DNA of 64,000 nucleotides, from NCBI GenBank assembly GCA_963664705.1, contig OY761556.1:832001-896000 (forward strand), in the 5' to 3' direction. The stretch comes from Acidobacteriota bacterium (lineage in GTDB: Bacteria > Acidobacteriota > UBA6911). The notes beneath the pieces are model-generated. The model worked only from the letters and a program-made list of their open reading frames with translations, was not told where the DNA came from and did not search any database. Of the stretch, positions 1 to 10,296 are shown piece by piece. A program made the translations under genes and the position numbers. Position 1 is the stretch's first letter; every line of letters begins with the position of its first letter.

Positions 1-1
1 T

Positions 2-703
2 GTGGAGCGGGCTCGGGCGATTTCCTATCTCCGTGAGCTGCTGTTTCCACTTTCGGATATCAAGTTGATGTTGGACCAGTTTTCCGAAGACGCCGATATT
101 TTGGTTTTTCTGGAGACGCACAAGGGTGACATCACCAGGAGAATTAAGGAGCTGAACAAAACCGCCCTCAAACTGGAGGAGATTATTCAAAAGGAGAGGG
201 AGGCCAAGGATATGCTAAATCAGAATTCATTCTCCGTCATAGAGAGGGAAATCGATTCCATTCTGGTTGCAGGGTTGCGTTGGAAAGGTCGGTATTCCGA
301 TGTGGGTGGCGCTTTTCAGAAACTGGGAAAGCTGGTTGGCCGCTACATCCGGGGAAAACCAATGAACCTTTATTATGACGGAGACTATCGGGAGGAGGAT
401 GCAGATATTGAGACCTGCTATCCGGTTCAAAATAAAGTGAAGCAAAGCGAAGCGTTTATTCTGCATCAACTGCAGGGAGGGAAGTGCGTTTGCCTTGTTC
501 ACAAGGGGCCATATGATCTTTTGAGCCGTTCCTATTCAAAGATCATGGAGTATATGCAGGAAAGGAAATATCAGGCTCTTCTACCCACCAGGGAAGTCTA
601 TCTCAAAGGGCCGGGAATGATATTCCGGGGAAATCCCAAAAACTACCTGACCGAAATTCAAATAATGATAGCCGAGCAGCAGGATGGCTCCCCATTGCGT
701 TAG
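2..703 (+). CDS. MerR-family transcriptional regulator with GyrI-like effector domain (5' truncated by window edge)
   Basis: N-terminal ...RAISYLRELLFPLSDIK resembles the end of a MerR HTH, followed by a coiled coil; C-terminal HKGPYDLL...REVYLKGPG...YLTEIQI is typical of GyrI-like domains. Confidence 0.85.
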   Translation: MERARAISYLRELLFPLSDIKLMLDQFSEDADILVFLETHKGDITRRIKELNKTALKLEEIIQKEREAKDMLNQNSFSVIEREIDSILVAGLRWKGRYSDVGGAFQKLGKLVGRYIRGKPMNLYYDGDYREEDADIETCYPVQNKVKQSEAFILHQLQGGKCVCLVHKGPYDLLSRSYSKIMEYMQERKYQALLPTREVYLKGPGMIFRGNPKNYLTEIQIMIAEQQDGSPLR

Positions 704-898
704 CGAGTGGGCTATAGATCGGGGGATTCACAGCAGTTCGGATGGCTGGGGATTCCCTGAATCCCGGCTGCATCCCGCAAGAATAGAATAGGCTCGCCTT
801 CCCATAGGTTGTCGGATAGAGTATCTGTCGTGGCGTGAAGACCTACTTAGAAACTCGCGCTGGTTGGCTTGTACGTCGCTTAGAATCCTGAGAATGCC

Positions 899-3325
899 AT
901 GGCTGGAGATCTCAATCCCAGCAGGGGCGCAGTGTCGGAAACTCCTGCTATTCGACTCCGTGTTGTCCTTGCCTGTCGCTACGCGGCTTTCGGTTTAGCG
1001 CTGATTGCCTCGGCGTCCCTGCGCGAGGGTTCGGCTGGCATTATCGACCATGCCATCATCTGGTTGCCTACCGGAGTCTCGATTGCCGGCCTGTGGCTGC
1101 TCGGACCCAGTGCGTGGTGGGTTGTTGCCGCATCCACGTTTCTTCAACGCCTGTTCCTTGGCTACGACTGGGGCGTCGGGGTCAGCGCGGCTGCCGGCAG
1201 TGCCTTGGAGGCTTTGATCGGTGTCCTGATATTGCGCCGGCTTGGATTTCAACATTCTCTTTCCCGGCTGCGCGATGTGGGTGCGCTCCTGGCCGCGGCA
1301 GCCCTTGCCCCGCTTGGCAGCATCCTGACGTCATGGATTGGCCGGCTTTACATCTGGGTTGATCCAAACATGCCGTTTTACTCCGGCTGGGATGGCTGGT
1401 GGCGTATGAATGCGCTGGGTGCCATCACCATGGTGCCGCCAATTGTCAGTTGGCTCGGCCGGCCACGGCAGCATTCCATTTGGCGATTCCTTGCCGCGCT
1501 GGGTATCGGGATTTCCGCAATTGCGGTTGTCATGGCATTGCTGTTCTTCATATTGCCCGGTGACGCCATTGGCATCATGTGGATGAATCTGGTGCTGATG
1601 GGGATTGCATTGTTTGCGGCAGTCCGATACGGCGTGCCTGGAGCTACTCTGACAACGCTGTTATTGGCCATTGGCGTGGCGGTGATGACATCGCGAGGAT
1701 TTGGGCCCTTCCCCGGATTGCCCCGCCCTCAGCGTCATGAAGTAGTTCAGTTGTTCGAGCTCGCTCTGGCTGTAATCCCGGTTGCTTTTGCCGCGCTGAT
1801 TGCTGAACGGAGGGTTGCCGAAGATCTCCTCGAGTCCATTAACCGAAATGTGAACGAGGGGTTGTTCCGTGCAGATACTTCATTGCGGCTTGTATATTCG
1901 AATATGGCGTTGGCACGCATGCTGGGTCATGATTCTCCCGAGGGTGCGGTGGGGACCAGTCTCCGTAGTGCATTTGCCGATTCGATTCATGGCTCAGAAA
2001 TGGTCGGCCTGATCTTCACGCGTGGCCAGTGGCTGAACGAGGAGGTGCGGTTCCGACGGCCCGACGGCACAGCCTTCTGGGGCCTGATCACCGCCACTGC
2101 CGCGCGCAATGCTCAGGGCGAGGTTACCTGCTATGATGGCGCGGTTGCGGATATTACCGAACGCAAATTGTTGGAGGAAAAATTCCGTCACGCACAGAAA
2201 ATGGAGGCGGTTGGCAAGCTCGCTGGCGGCGTGGCCCACGATTTCAACAACCTGCTTACGGTCATTATTGGGTATGCTGAAAGTCTGCTGGACGAAATCA
2301 CAGATCCGGAACTGCATTCCTATGCAGAAAGTGTGCTCGAGGCTGCGCAGCGCGCCGCTACCTTGACCAGGCAATTGCTGGCCTATGGCCGCCGGCAGCA
2401 GCTTTCCCCCCGCGTTGTTGATCTCAGCGCCGTGGTTGGCCGGATGGGCAGCATGCTGAAGCGGATTATCGGCGAGGACATCCAATTTTGCGTGGAGCAC
2501 CTCTCCGGTCCCTGCTGGGTGCGCATCGATCCCGGGCAACTCGAGCAGGTACTGCTGAATCTGGTGGTCAATGCGCGTGATGCCATGCGCGGAGGCGGGA
2601 CATTGACTGTATCCACCGCGCACGAGGAAATTGACGAGCCTTCAGCCCGGGCACACTCGGATCGGTTTGCCGGATCCTGCGTGATTCTGCGCGTTCGCGA
2701 TACCGGCGACGGGATGCAGCCTGAAATTGTCGAGCGGGCTTTCGATCCCTTCTTTACTACCAAGGAGATGGGTCGCGGCACCGGTCTCGGTTTGTCGATG
2801 GTTTACGGCATTGTCAATCAAAGTGGAGGGGCTGTTTGGCTGGAAAGCGCTCCCGGCTGCGGGACTACTGCCACCATTCAGCTGCGGCGCGAACCCCAAC
2901 CGAGCGAAGCGCCGGCGGATCGTCCCGCCGGCGTTCGCATTTCAGATCCCGGTTCCGGCACAGTCCTGGTAGCGGAGGATGAATCTGTTGTGCGCGCGTT
3001 GGTATGCAGTACGCTGTCAAACCGCGGATACCGGGTGATCGAGGCTACCAATGGGGCACAGGCCCTGGAGGTGTTGGACCAGTGGGCAGGCCGTGTCAGC
3101 CTGCTGATCACAGACCTGGTGATGCCTGGCATGGGCGGTCGCGAACTTGCGCGCCGCGTGCGCTTGGTATGGCCCGGCATGCATATACTCTTCATGTCGG
3201 GCTATCCTGCCGAAGAGCAGCCGGAACCCGCCGCGGATAATCTCGATTTCCTTGCAAAACCGTTTACATCAAGTCAATTGCTGGAACGCGTTGCCCGATT
3301 ACTGCAGGAGGGTGTGGCAAAATAG
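899..3325 (+). CDS. MASE1-PAS hybrid sensor histidine kinase/response regulator
   Basis: Hydrophobic N-terminus with IWLPTG (MASE1), PAS, H-box VAHDFNNLL, FDPFFTTK and GTGLGL boxes, C-terminal REC (LITDLVMPGM, KPF). Confidence 0.9.
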   Translation: MAGDLNPSRGAVSETPAIRLRVVLACRYAAFGLALIASASLREGSAGIIDHAIIWLPTGVSIAGLWLLGPSAWWVVAASTFLQRLFLGYDWGVGVSAAAGSALEALIGVLILRRLGFQHSLSRLRDVGALLAAAALAPLGSILTSWIGRLYIWVDPNMPFYSGWDGWWRMNALGAITMVPPIVSWLGRPRQHSIWRFLAALGIGISAIAVVMALLFFILPGDAIGIMWMNLVLMGIALFAAVRYGVPGATLTTLLLAIGVAVMTSRGFGPFPGLPRPQRHEVVQLFELALAVIPVAFAALIAERRVAEDLLESINRNVNEGLFRADTSLRLVYSNMALARMLGHDSPEGAVGTSLRSAFADSIHGSEMVGLIFTRGQWLNEEVRFRRPDGTAFWGLITATAARNAQGEVTCYDGAVADITERKLLEEKFRHAQKMEAVGKLAGGVAHDFNNLLTVIIGYAESLLDEITDPELHSYAESVLEAAQRAATLTRQLLAYGRRQQLSPRVVDLSAVVGRMGSMLKRIIGEDIQFCVEHLSGPCWVRIDPGQLEQVLLNLVVNARDAMRGGGTLTVSTAHEEIDEPSARAHSDRFAGSCVILRVRDTGDGMQPEIVERAFDPFFTTKEMGRGTGLGLSMVYGIVNQSGGAVWLESAPGCGTTATIQLRREPQPSEAPADRPAGVRISDPGSGTVLVAEDESVVRALVCSTLSNRGYRVIEATNGAQALEVLDQWAGRVSLLITDLVMPGMGGRELARRVRLVWPGMHILFMSGYPAEEQPEPAADNLDFLAKPFTSSQLLERVARLLQEGVAK

Positions 3326-3351
3326 CCCCGCTTTTGTTGCGTGCCGGGAAT

Positions 3352-4755
3352 TTACGACCCAAGGACACGCAATTCGACAGGATGGGAATGCTCCGGCACT
3401 TCATAACGTTGGTTCTTTCCGGATGGGTTCCAGCCGCGGATGCCCTCGCGTTTGTTGTCATAGCGATAGGTCAGGCTCAGCCTTAATCCAAGAAGGGCCG
3501 TTTGCCACCGGAATGCCAACACATTGCGCATAAATCTCCAATAGATACGATCAAGTCTGTAAAACTGTGCATATAGCCAGTCGGCGCCAGCCTGGAGTTC
3601 TCTTGCGGTGAGCTGCGAAGGCTGAAATACAACGTGGCGGAAGTCAAAATGGCTCCAGTCCGGATCTGTTATGCGCCCGCTACCTTTCATGTCGGTAAAC
3701 AGAGGCGTGCCCGGGAGCGGGGTGAGGATATTGAGCTGAAGGGCGTCAATTCTGGATTTCTGCAGAAACCCCAGCATCCTCTCAAACACCGTTTCATCAT
3801 CCTCGTCGAGCCCGACAATGATTCCGGCGATGACGCCAATGCCTTTCCGACGGATCCTGGCAAGACGCTCGGCATATCGTGCGCTGTCGTTGAAGGTTTT
3901 GTTCATACCCGCGAGATTGCCCGTATTCAAGGTTTCGATCCCAATGAAAAAACCGCAGCAGCCGGCGGCAGCGGCCAGGCCGAGTAGTTCAGCATCGTCC
4001 GCAATTTCTATAGAACACTGGCCGACCCATCGTTTGTGCAGCGGAATCATTTTGCGGAACAGATTTCGCGCATAATCCCTGTCCGCCATAATATTGTCGT
4101 CCACAAATATCAGATCCCGGGGCAACCCCTTCAATTCCACAAGCACATCCTCAAGCCTGCGATTCCGGTATCTCTGGCGATGAAATGCCGAAACGGAACA
4201 ATAGCGGCACGCATGCCGACAACCCCGCCCGGCTTGAACGGCATTGATCGTGACATAGTGTCCTGCCTTGCCTGCCAGTAGATCGCGGCGCGGCACGGGT
4301 GAGTCCAGAGGAGCTTCATCGACACAACTGGAGTGTTCGTAGCGCCGGCGCAGTTTTCCGGTTTGGATATCCTGAAGCAGCTGCGGCCAAAGACCCTCCG
4401 CATCACCCATTACAATGGAGTCGAAATGCTCCAATGCCTCGGACGGGCAAAGCGTGGGGTGATACCCCCCGCCAATTACCACTTTTCTCTGATCTCGGAA
4501 TTGATGGGCAATCTCGTAGGCGCGCGGCGCCAGTGCCGTCATGAATGTGATGCCTATTACATCAGCATCCGAAGTGAAATCCAGGGGTTCAACATTTTCA
4601 TCCACGATGCGGACTTCATGCTCACACGGAGTCAGGGCTGCTACAATCGTGAGCGGCAGCACGCTGAAGCGCAGCATTTTCCGCTTGGGTACGGTGGGAT
4701 TCTCCCGAGTAACCCGAACATTCCGGCCGGCTGGCAAAACAAGCAGTATCTTCAT
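3352..4755 (-). CDS. B12-binding domain radical SAM protein
   Basis: CxxxCxxC motif CRHACRYC; N-terminal B12-binding-like Rossmann domain (VIGGGYHPT); FVDDN and TPLPGTPLF motifs; RBS GGAGG upstream. Confidence 0.9.
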   Translation of the reverse strand: MKILLVLPAGRNVRVTRENPTVPKRKMLRFSVLPLTIVAALTPCEHEVRIVDENVEPLDFTSDADVIGITFMTALAPRAYEIAHQFRDQRKVVIGGGYHPTLCPSEALEHFDSIVMGDAEGLWPQLLQDIQTGKLRRRYEHSSCVDEAPLDSPVPRRDLLAGKAGHYVTINAVQAGRGCRHACRYCSVSAFHRQRYRNRRLEDVLVELKGLPRDLIFVDDNIMADRDYARNLFRKMIPLHKRWVGQCSIEIADDAELLGLAAAAGCCGFFIGIETLNTGNLAGMNKTFNDSARYAERLARIRRKGIGVIAGIIVGLDEDDETVFERMLGFLQKSRIDALQLNILTPLPGTPLFTDMKGSGRITDPDWSHFDFRHVVFQPSQLTARELQAGADWLYAQFYRLDRIYWRFMRNVLAFRWQTALLGLRLSLTYRYDNKREGIRGWNPSGKNQRYEVPEHSHPVELRVLGS

Positions 4756-4789
4756 ATCCGCCTCCTGTTCAATGGAACATACTTGGATA

Positions 4790-4805
4790 TGCCCGTTTTA
4801 TGCCA
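4790..4805 (-). promoter_or_regulatory. possible sigma-54 (-24/-12) promoter for the radical SAM gene
   Basis: Minus strand TGGCATAAAACGGGCA has the GG-N10-GC spacing ~35 nt upstream of the ATG; deviates from TTGC at -12. Confidence 0.35.
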
Positions 4806-4903
4806 ATTGCTAACTGTTGATATGGTTAGGCTTGTCGTTTGTGGATAAAATGAGTGCTTGGGGAAATATGCATAGAATGTATATGGCGGGTACGGTTTAT
4901 GCA

Positions 4904-5091
4904 GGGCTTGCAGCGAAGCCATAGGGAGTGCCGCCGGGATGGCTAAGGCCGCATATTATTTGCAGGAAGGCGTGCCCGAATGGGAGCCGTGGAGCGCGGC
5001 AGCAAGCTCAGCTGTCTCCGAAGGGCTTCGTCTCGACAAATAGTATGCGGCCTTGGCCGTCTCGGCGGCCTCAGCGCTATGCAAGCAGCCC
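4904..5091 (+). repeat. long inverted-repeat structured element (MITE-like or ncRNA candidate)
   Basis: 33-bp arms 4930-4962 and 5037-5069 pair with only G-U wobbles on the + strand; extra outer and inner stems. Confidence 0.6.
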
Positions 5092-5094
5092 CGG

Positions 5095-5679
5095 TCACTT
5101 TTTATTTATATTGCCAAGAGCTTTTTCCTCACAATCCGGGCAGATGCCGTGGGAGAAGATAATGTTGGAATGGCTGCTGATGTAGGATTCGAGTTGATTC
5201 CAGTAATTTTTGTCGTCGCGGATCCGTTTGCAATAGGAGCAGATCGGAAGCAAATTCCGCAGGCTTTCAATTTCGCGTTCCTGTAAAGTTTGCATATAAT
5301 CCCGGGCTTCCTTGGATTCGGTGATGTCGATACAACTTCCTATGTAGCCCAGAAATGTGCCGGCTGCATCGTGAAAGGGGACGCCCCGGTCAAAGATCCA
5401 GCGGTATGCGCCATCCGAGCGGCGCAATCGGTATTCCATTTCAAAAGACAGCCTTCTGGCAAAATGATCCGTATAAATCTGCAGGCAGCGGTCAAAGTCT
5501 TCGGGATGGACTCCTTCTGCCCACCCATTTCCCATTTCCTGCTCCATGGAGCGGCCGGTAAATTTGAGCCAAACCTCGTTAAAGTAATCACATCCCATCG
5601 TTAAGTCTGCGCGCCAGATCATAATGGGCGCTTTTTCCACCAAAAGTCTGTATTCCTCGAAGCTCAATCGAATATCCAT
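5095..5679 (-). CDS. PAS domain protein with C-terminal Cys/His-rich (CxxC...HxxCxxC) domain
   Basis: PAS_3/PAC (WAEGVHPED, EYRLRRSDGAYRW, GSCIDITE) followed by LLPICSYCKRIRD...FSHGICPDC. Confidence 0.85.
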   Translation of the reverse strand: MDIRLSFEEYRLLVEKAPIMIWRADLTMGCDYFNEVWLKFTGRSMEQEMGNGWAEGVHPEDFDRCLQIYTDHFARRLSFEMEYRLRRSDGAYRWIFDRGVPFHDAAGTFLGYIGSCIDITESKEARDYMQTLQEREIESLRNLLPICSYCKRIRDDKNYWNQLESYISSHSNIIFSHGICPDCEEKALGNINKK

Positions 5680-5899
5680 TCTCTAGCCATCCTATAAGTC
5701 AAGGTGTGCTTAATCTCGCCATTGGTTTTATTCATTATAGAGTATTTTCGAAGTGTTCACAGTACCAGTCTATTTCGAGGGATGCATGTCAGGAAGAGCG
5801 CTGATGCCAGGGAACTGCCGGCATGATTCTATTGCGGATAATCTTGATTCAAGGCTGCGAACGCCTTATGCGGATTCGATGCAACCTGCGGCCGCGCTA

Positions 5900-6883
5900 T
5901 CAGTCAAACACGAATTTCCCATCCGTCAGCAACGAGATGGCAGCCTGAGCTGCATCGGCATTGTATTTAATTCCCATGTTGGCGCGGAGTTCGCGGATCG
6001 CTTCCTCAAGGCCCTTGGCGGGGCGGTAGGGCCGATGATGCGCGATCGCTTCCACAATGTCGGCAACGGCAATAATCTGCGCTTCCACGTGTATCTGGGA
6101 CCCCTTCAGCGCCTTTGGATATCCTGAGCCGTCCAGCCTTTCGTGGTGCTGGTAAACAATTTCGTGAATAGGAAATGGAAATCCGATGGGTGCGAGCACG
6201 TCATGTCCCACTTGGGAGTGCATCTTTACAATTTCCCATTCTGAAGCATTCAGAACGCCGGGTTTGCTGAGAAACTCGACCGGGACATAGATCTTTCCTA
6301 TGTCGTGAATCATCGCCGCCATGCGGATCTGCTCGACGGCGTTTTGCGGGAAACCAAGGGATTCTGCAATGGCGGCAGAAAGCTTGGATACGCGAGTCTG
6401 GTGTCCAGCCGTATAGGGGTCTTTCGATTCAATCAAACGGGAAAAAGCCTGGATCAGGCCTCCCATGCCCTCATTCCATCGCTTCAGGGCATAGTATTCC
6501 CGCTCGGTTTGAAGCAGTTGATGATGCCGCAGGCCGTCGAGAAGCGCCTTTTCCAGGACATCCATGGGGCATGGCTTCGAAAGGAATCGGAAGATGTTGC
6601 CTTCGTTAATGGCTCTGATGCTGATGTCGAAATGGGCGCAGCCCGTCAGCAGCATCCGTACTGAATTGGGAGAAATTTTTCCAATGGTGGCCAGGAAGGA
6701 AATTCCATCAATGCCCGGCATCTGATAGTCGGAGACAATGACGGGAAATACGTTTTCCTTTTCGATCAGCGCCAGTCCTTCTTTTGCCGAACGGGCGACC
6801 GAGATATCAAATTTTTCTTTAAACGCACGGCGGATTACCGACAGGACCGTGACTTCGTCATCAACAAAGAGGATTCTATTCAA
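5900..6883 (-). CDS. response regulator with HD-GYP c-di-GMP phosphodiesterase domain (RpfG-like)
   Basis: REC (FVDDE, VSDYQMP, KP) plus DPYTAGH, HDIGK, HHERLDGSGYP, RPYR; TTG start after AGGGGG. Confidence 0.92.
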   Translation of the reverse strand: MNRILFVDDEVTVLSVIRRAFKEKFDISVARSAKEGLALIEKENVFPVIVSDYQMPGIDGISFLATIGKISPNSVRMLLTGCAHFDISIRAINEGNIFRFLSKPCPMDVLEKALLDGLRHHQLLQTEREYYALKRWNEGMGGLIQAFSRLIESKDPYTAGHQTRVSKLSAAIAESLGFPQNAVEQIRMAAMIHDIGKIYVPVEFLSKPGVLNASEWEIVKMHSQVGHDVLAPIGFPFPIHEIVYQHHERLDGSGYPKALKGSQIHVEAQIIAVADIVEAIAHHRPYRPAKGLEEAIRELRANMGIKYNADAAQAAISLLTDGKFVFD

Positions 6884-7051
6884 CGTGCGAGCCCCCTAAT
6901 TTGTCCTCATTCCTCTTATCGTTCCGCAACCCTGTATTCGTACAATTTAATTCACAATCCTGCCTGACCATGTCCTGGCTGTGAATTCACCTATCGCGGA
7001 GGGGGGATACCTGTCGATATGTTATCCGTGCCGGAGTGTATGTGAGGGAAC

Positions 7052-9088
7052 ATGTCAAAAGCAAAAATACTGGTGCTCGAGGACGATGAAAGGCTGGGCA
7101 CTTACATCCGCAAATGCCTGGAGCAGTGCGACTATGAAGTTGCGGACCTTGTCGATACCGGACAGGCGGCTGTAGATGCGGCCTGGAATACTCTTCCGGA
7201 TCTGGCGCTGCTGGATATCTATGTTCCGGGGGATATGGATGGAATTGACGCCGGGGCCATCATTCGACGGGATCTGGATATTCCGGTCGTCTTTCAGACC
7301 GGCTATTTCGATGAGGACACGCTCGAACGCGCCATGAACGTTGATCCTCTGGGCTATCTCCTCAAGCCGTTCAATCATTTGAATCTGCAAACAACCATCG
7401 ATAATGCATTGCACCAGCACCGTGCGACATTGAAGCGAACTCGGGCGCTTGTGGCTGCCATGGAAAAGCGCTATCAGGAGATGTTCGAGAACTCGCCGTT
7501 GGGGATCGGCAGAATGGATTTGTCCGGGCATCTGGTGAATGCCAACGCCTCGCTGGCAAAGACGCTCGGGTATGAAAGCGTTCAAGCGCTCATGGAGTCT
7601 GTCGAAAATGTCGGGACGGACATGTTTGCCGATGCCGAAGACAGTCGATCTATTTTTGACCTTCTTCGCCAGCAGGCCCTGGTCAGTGCATTTGAATCGC
7701 GGTTGCGATGCGCCAACGGCAGTGAGATCTGGGGCAGCATTAACGCACGCCTGACCAAGGACGTGGGCCGGATGGAGGATTGCTACGAGTGCATCGTGCA
7801 GGACATTACGGGAAAGAGGAAGGCTGAAGAGGCATTGCGCATAAGCGAAGAGCGCCTGACCTGCCTGGTGAATGCTGCCCGGGATGGAATTTCCATGACC
7901 GATGGCACCGGCAATGTGCTGTTATGGAATCAGACCATTCAGAAAATCACCGGATACTCGGAGGCGGAGGCCCTGGGGAAGAACCTGAACGAGCTGATTA
8001 CGCCAGAGAGGTATCGCATCGATTACCAGAAGGCTTTTGTGGACTGGCTGGCGTCTGCCACGGGTGATGAGATTGGACAGACCATTGAATCAACGGCGAT
8101 GCGAAAGGATCACACGGAATTTCCTGTGGAGCTTTCTCTCTCGGCTGTGAGGCAGAACGGCCATTGGACCTCTATCGGGATCCTGCGCGATATTTCGGAG
8201 CGGATGCAGGCCAAGACCGAACGCGATCACATGGAGGTAACGCTTCGCCAGGCCCAGAAGCTCGAATCCATCGGTCAGCTGGCAGCAGGAATTGCGCATG
8301 AAATCAACACTCCAACACAATACGTGGGCGACAACACGCGTTTCCTGTTGGATGCATTTCGCGATGTGAATTCGGCGCTGCAGACATATGGGCAAATGCT
8401 CGATGCCTGCCGGGATGACAGCGTTTCTCCCGATCTGATAAAAAGGGTCGAGGCGGTTCTCCATTCGGCGGACCTGGACTATCTTTCATCGGAGATCCCC
8501 AAGGCTATCACTCAAAGCCTTGACGGCATTGAGAGAATTGCCACCATCGTGCGGGCGATGAAGAACTTTTCTCATCCAGGCTCCAAGGATATGACTCCGA
8601 CCGACATCCACAGAGCCATCCAAAACACGCTCATTGTCTGCCGAAATGAATACAAGTATGTTGCTGATGTTGCGACTCAGTTTGACGAGTCTTTGCCGTT
8701 GGTTCCCTGCATTCCCGGCGATTTCAACCAAGTCATCATGAACCTTGTCATCAATGCAGCGCATGCAATTGCCGATAAGGTTGGCTCCCAGCCAAACGCC
8801 AAAGGAAAGATCAGTATCGCTACGCACAATAAAGGAGATGTGGCCGAAATTCGCATTTCGGATACAGGGGCGGGGATCCCTGAGGAGATTCAGGGGAAGG
8901 TCTACGATCCTTTCTTTACCACAAAAGACATCGGGCGGGGGACTGGCCAGGGCCTTGCCATATGCCACGCGGTTATTGTGCAGCAGCACAAAGGCTCCAT
9001 CCGCTTTGAATCCGAAATAGGCAAAGGGACAACTTTTGTTGTGTGTCTACCGCTGGATAGTGTGGGAAGGAACGAGGAAGTGGCATGA
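7052..9088 (+). CDS. REC-PAS-PAS sensor histidine kinase
   Basis: N-terminal REC, two PAS domains, H-box IAHEINTP, DPFFTTKDIGRGTGQGL. Confidence 0.9.
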   Translation: MSKAKILVLEDDERLGTYIRKCLEQCDYEVADLVDTGQAAVDAAWNTLPDLALLDIYVPGDMDGIDAGAIIRRDLDIPVVFQTGYFDEDTLERAMNVDPLGYLLKPFNHLNLQTTIDNALHQHRATLKRTRALVAAMEKRYQEMFENSPLGIGRMDLSGHLVNANASLAKTLGYESVQALMESVENVGTDMFADAEDSRSIFDLLRQQALVSAFESRLRCANGSEIWGSINARLTKDVGRMEDCYECIVQDITGKRKAEEALRISEERLTCLVNAARDGISMTDGTGNVLLWNQTIQKITGYSEAEALGKNLNELITPERYRIDYQKAFVDWLASATGDEIGQTIESTAMRKDHTEFPVELSLSAVRQNGHWTSIGILRDISERMQAKTERDHMEVTLRQAQKLESIGQLAAGIAHEINTPTQYVGDNTRFLLDAFRDVNSALQTYGQMLDACRDDSVSPDLIKRVEAVLHSADLDYLSSEIPKAITQSLDGIERIATIVRAMKNFSHPGSKDMTPTDIHRAIQNTLIVCRNEYKYVADVATQFDESLPLVPCIPGDFNQVIMNLVINAAHAIADKVGSQPNAKGKISIATHNKGDVAEIRISDTGAGIPEEIQGKVYDPFFTTKDIGRGTGQGLAICHAVIVQQHKGSIRFESEIGKGTTFVVCLPLDSVGRNEEVA

Positions 9089-10296
9089 AGAAACGGATAA
9101 TTTTCGTGGATGATGAGCCCAGTATCCTGGATGGATTGGGCCGGATGCTGCGTGACATGCGGCATGATTGGGAGATGCGCTTTGCAACCAGCGGCAAGGA
9201 CGCGCTGGATATCCTGAGTGCCGAACCATTCGATCTTATTGTTTCTGACATGCGAATGCCTCTGATGAACGGGCTGCAGTTGCTGACTGAAGTTAAGGCG
9301 AGGTTCCCCGGAGTTATCCGGATGATCCTTTCCGGCTATTCAGATCAATCTCTGATCATGCGTTCGGTTGGAATTATCCACCAATACATGTCCAAGCCCT
9401 GCGATGCAGCCGTAATTCGTACCGTTATCGGACGGGCGCTTGAACTGCGCGCATTATTGTCGGATGAGAGGCTGGTTCGCCTGATCAGCCGCTTGAGTAA
9501 TCTCCCCAGTCTTCCCTCTCTTCATCACGAAATAGTGGCAGAGTTGCAGTCCCCCAATGCTTCCTCCGGGCGCATCGGAGATATTGTTGCGCATGACCCC
9601 GCGATGACCGCCAAGATTTTGCAACTGGTTAATTCGGCTTTCTTCGGAATCCGGCGCAAGATATGCAGCGCCCGGGAGGCTGTGAGCTTTATCGGAATTG
9701 AGACCATTCAAGCGCTGGTTCTGTCCTTGAATGCATTTGACAGCTTCAGAAGTCAGGGCGTGCCGAATTACACCATTGAAAATATCTGGAGCCACAGTGT
9801 AATCGCCGGCATATTTGCAAAACGGATTCTGCAAAAGGAAAATGGCGGCGACAGCATGGCGGACGCCGCCCTGACAGCGGGCCTGCTGCATGACCTGGGG
9901 AAACTGGTGCTCGCGTCAAACCTTCCGGAGGAATATGGAAAAGTTCTTCGCAAAGTAACGCACGAAGGGATTTCGTTCCCGGATGCGGAAAGAGATGTAT
10001 TCGGATCGACCCACGAAGAGGTGGGGGCCTATTTGCTCGGTCTGTGGGGATTGCCTGATTTGATTGTTGAGTCGGTGGCCTGGCACCACCGGCCAAGTCA
10101 GTGCAAAATCAATGTCTTTGGATTGCTCGCTGCGGTCCATACCGCCGATGTTCTGGAACACCGGCTGTCCAGCCGTGAGTCCATCGGACCGCTGCCCAAA
10201 CTGGATGTAGAGTTTCTCCAGACCGTACAGAAAAATGAGAAGATTGATGTCTGGACGGAATTGTGTGCCAACAGCATTTCCAGCAGCACCCCGTAA
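9085..10296 (+). CDS. REC-HDOD response regulator
   Basis: REC (FVDDE, VSDMRMP) plus HDOD (LPSLP, DPAMTAKILQLVNSAFFG, GLLHDLGK, WHH); ATGA overlap with upstream kinase. Confidence 0.92.
   Translation: MKKRIIFVDDEPSILDGLGRMLRDMRHDWEMRFATSGKDALDILSAEPFDLIVSDMRMPLMNGLQLLTEVKARFPGVIRMILSGYSDQSLIMRSVGIIHQYMSKPCDAAVIRTVIGRALELRALLSDERLVRLISRLSNLPSLPSLHHEIVAELQSPNASSGRIGDIVAHDPAMTAKILQLVNSAFFGIRRKICSAREAVSFIGIETIQALVLSLNAFDSFRSQGVPNYTIENIWSHSVIAGIFAKRILQKENGGDSMADAALTAGLLHDLGKLVLASNLPEEYGKVLRKVTHEGISFPDAERDVFGSTHEEVGAYLLGLWGLPDLIVESVAWHHRPSQCKINVFGLLAAVHTADVLEHRLSSRESIGPLPKLDVEFLQTVQKNEKIDVWTELCANSISSSTP

Noticed and set aside
4756-5094. Cobalamin riboswitch upstream of the B12 radical SAM gene
   Set aside because: No recognisable B12-box or GGGAA...GCCACTG core on the minus strand; the structure present favours the + strand
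5753-6127. 124-aa + strand ORF between the PAS and HD-GYP genes
   Set aside because: Overlaps the HD-GYP 3' end in antisense, with no RBS or motif
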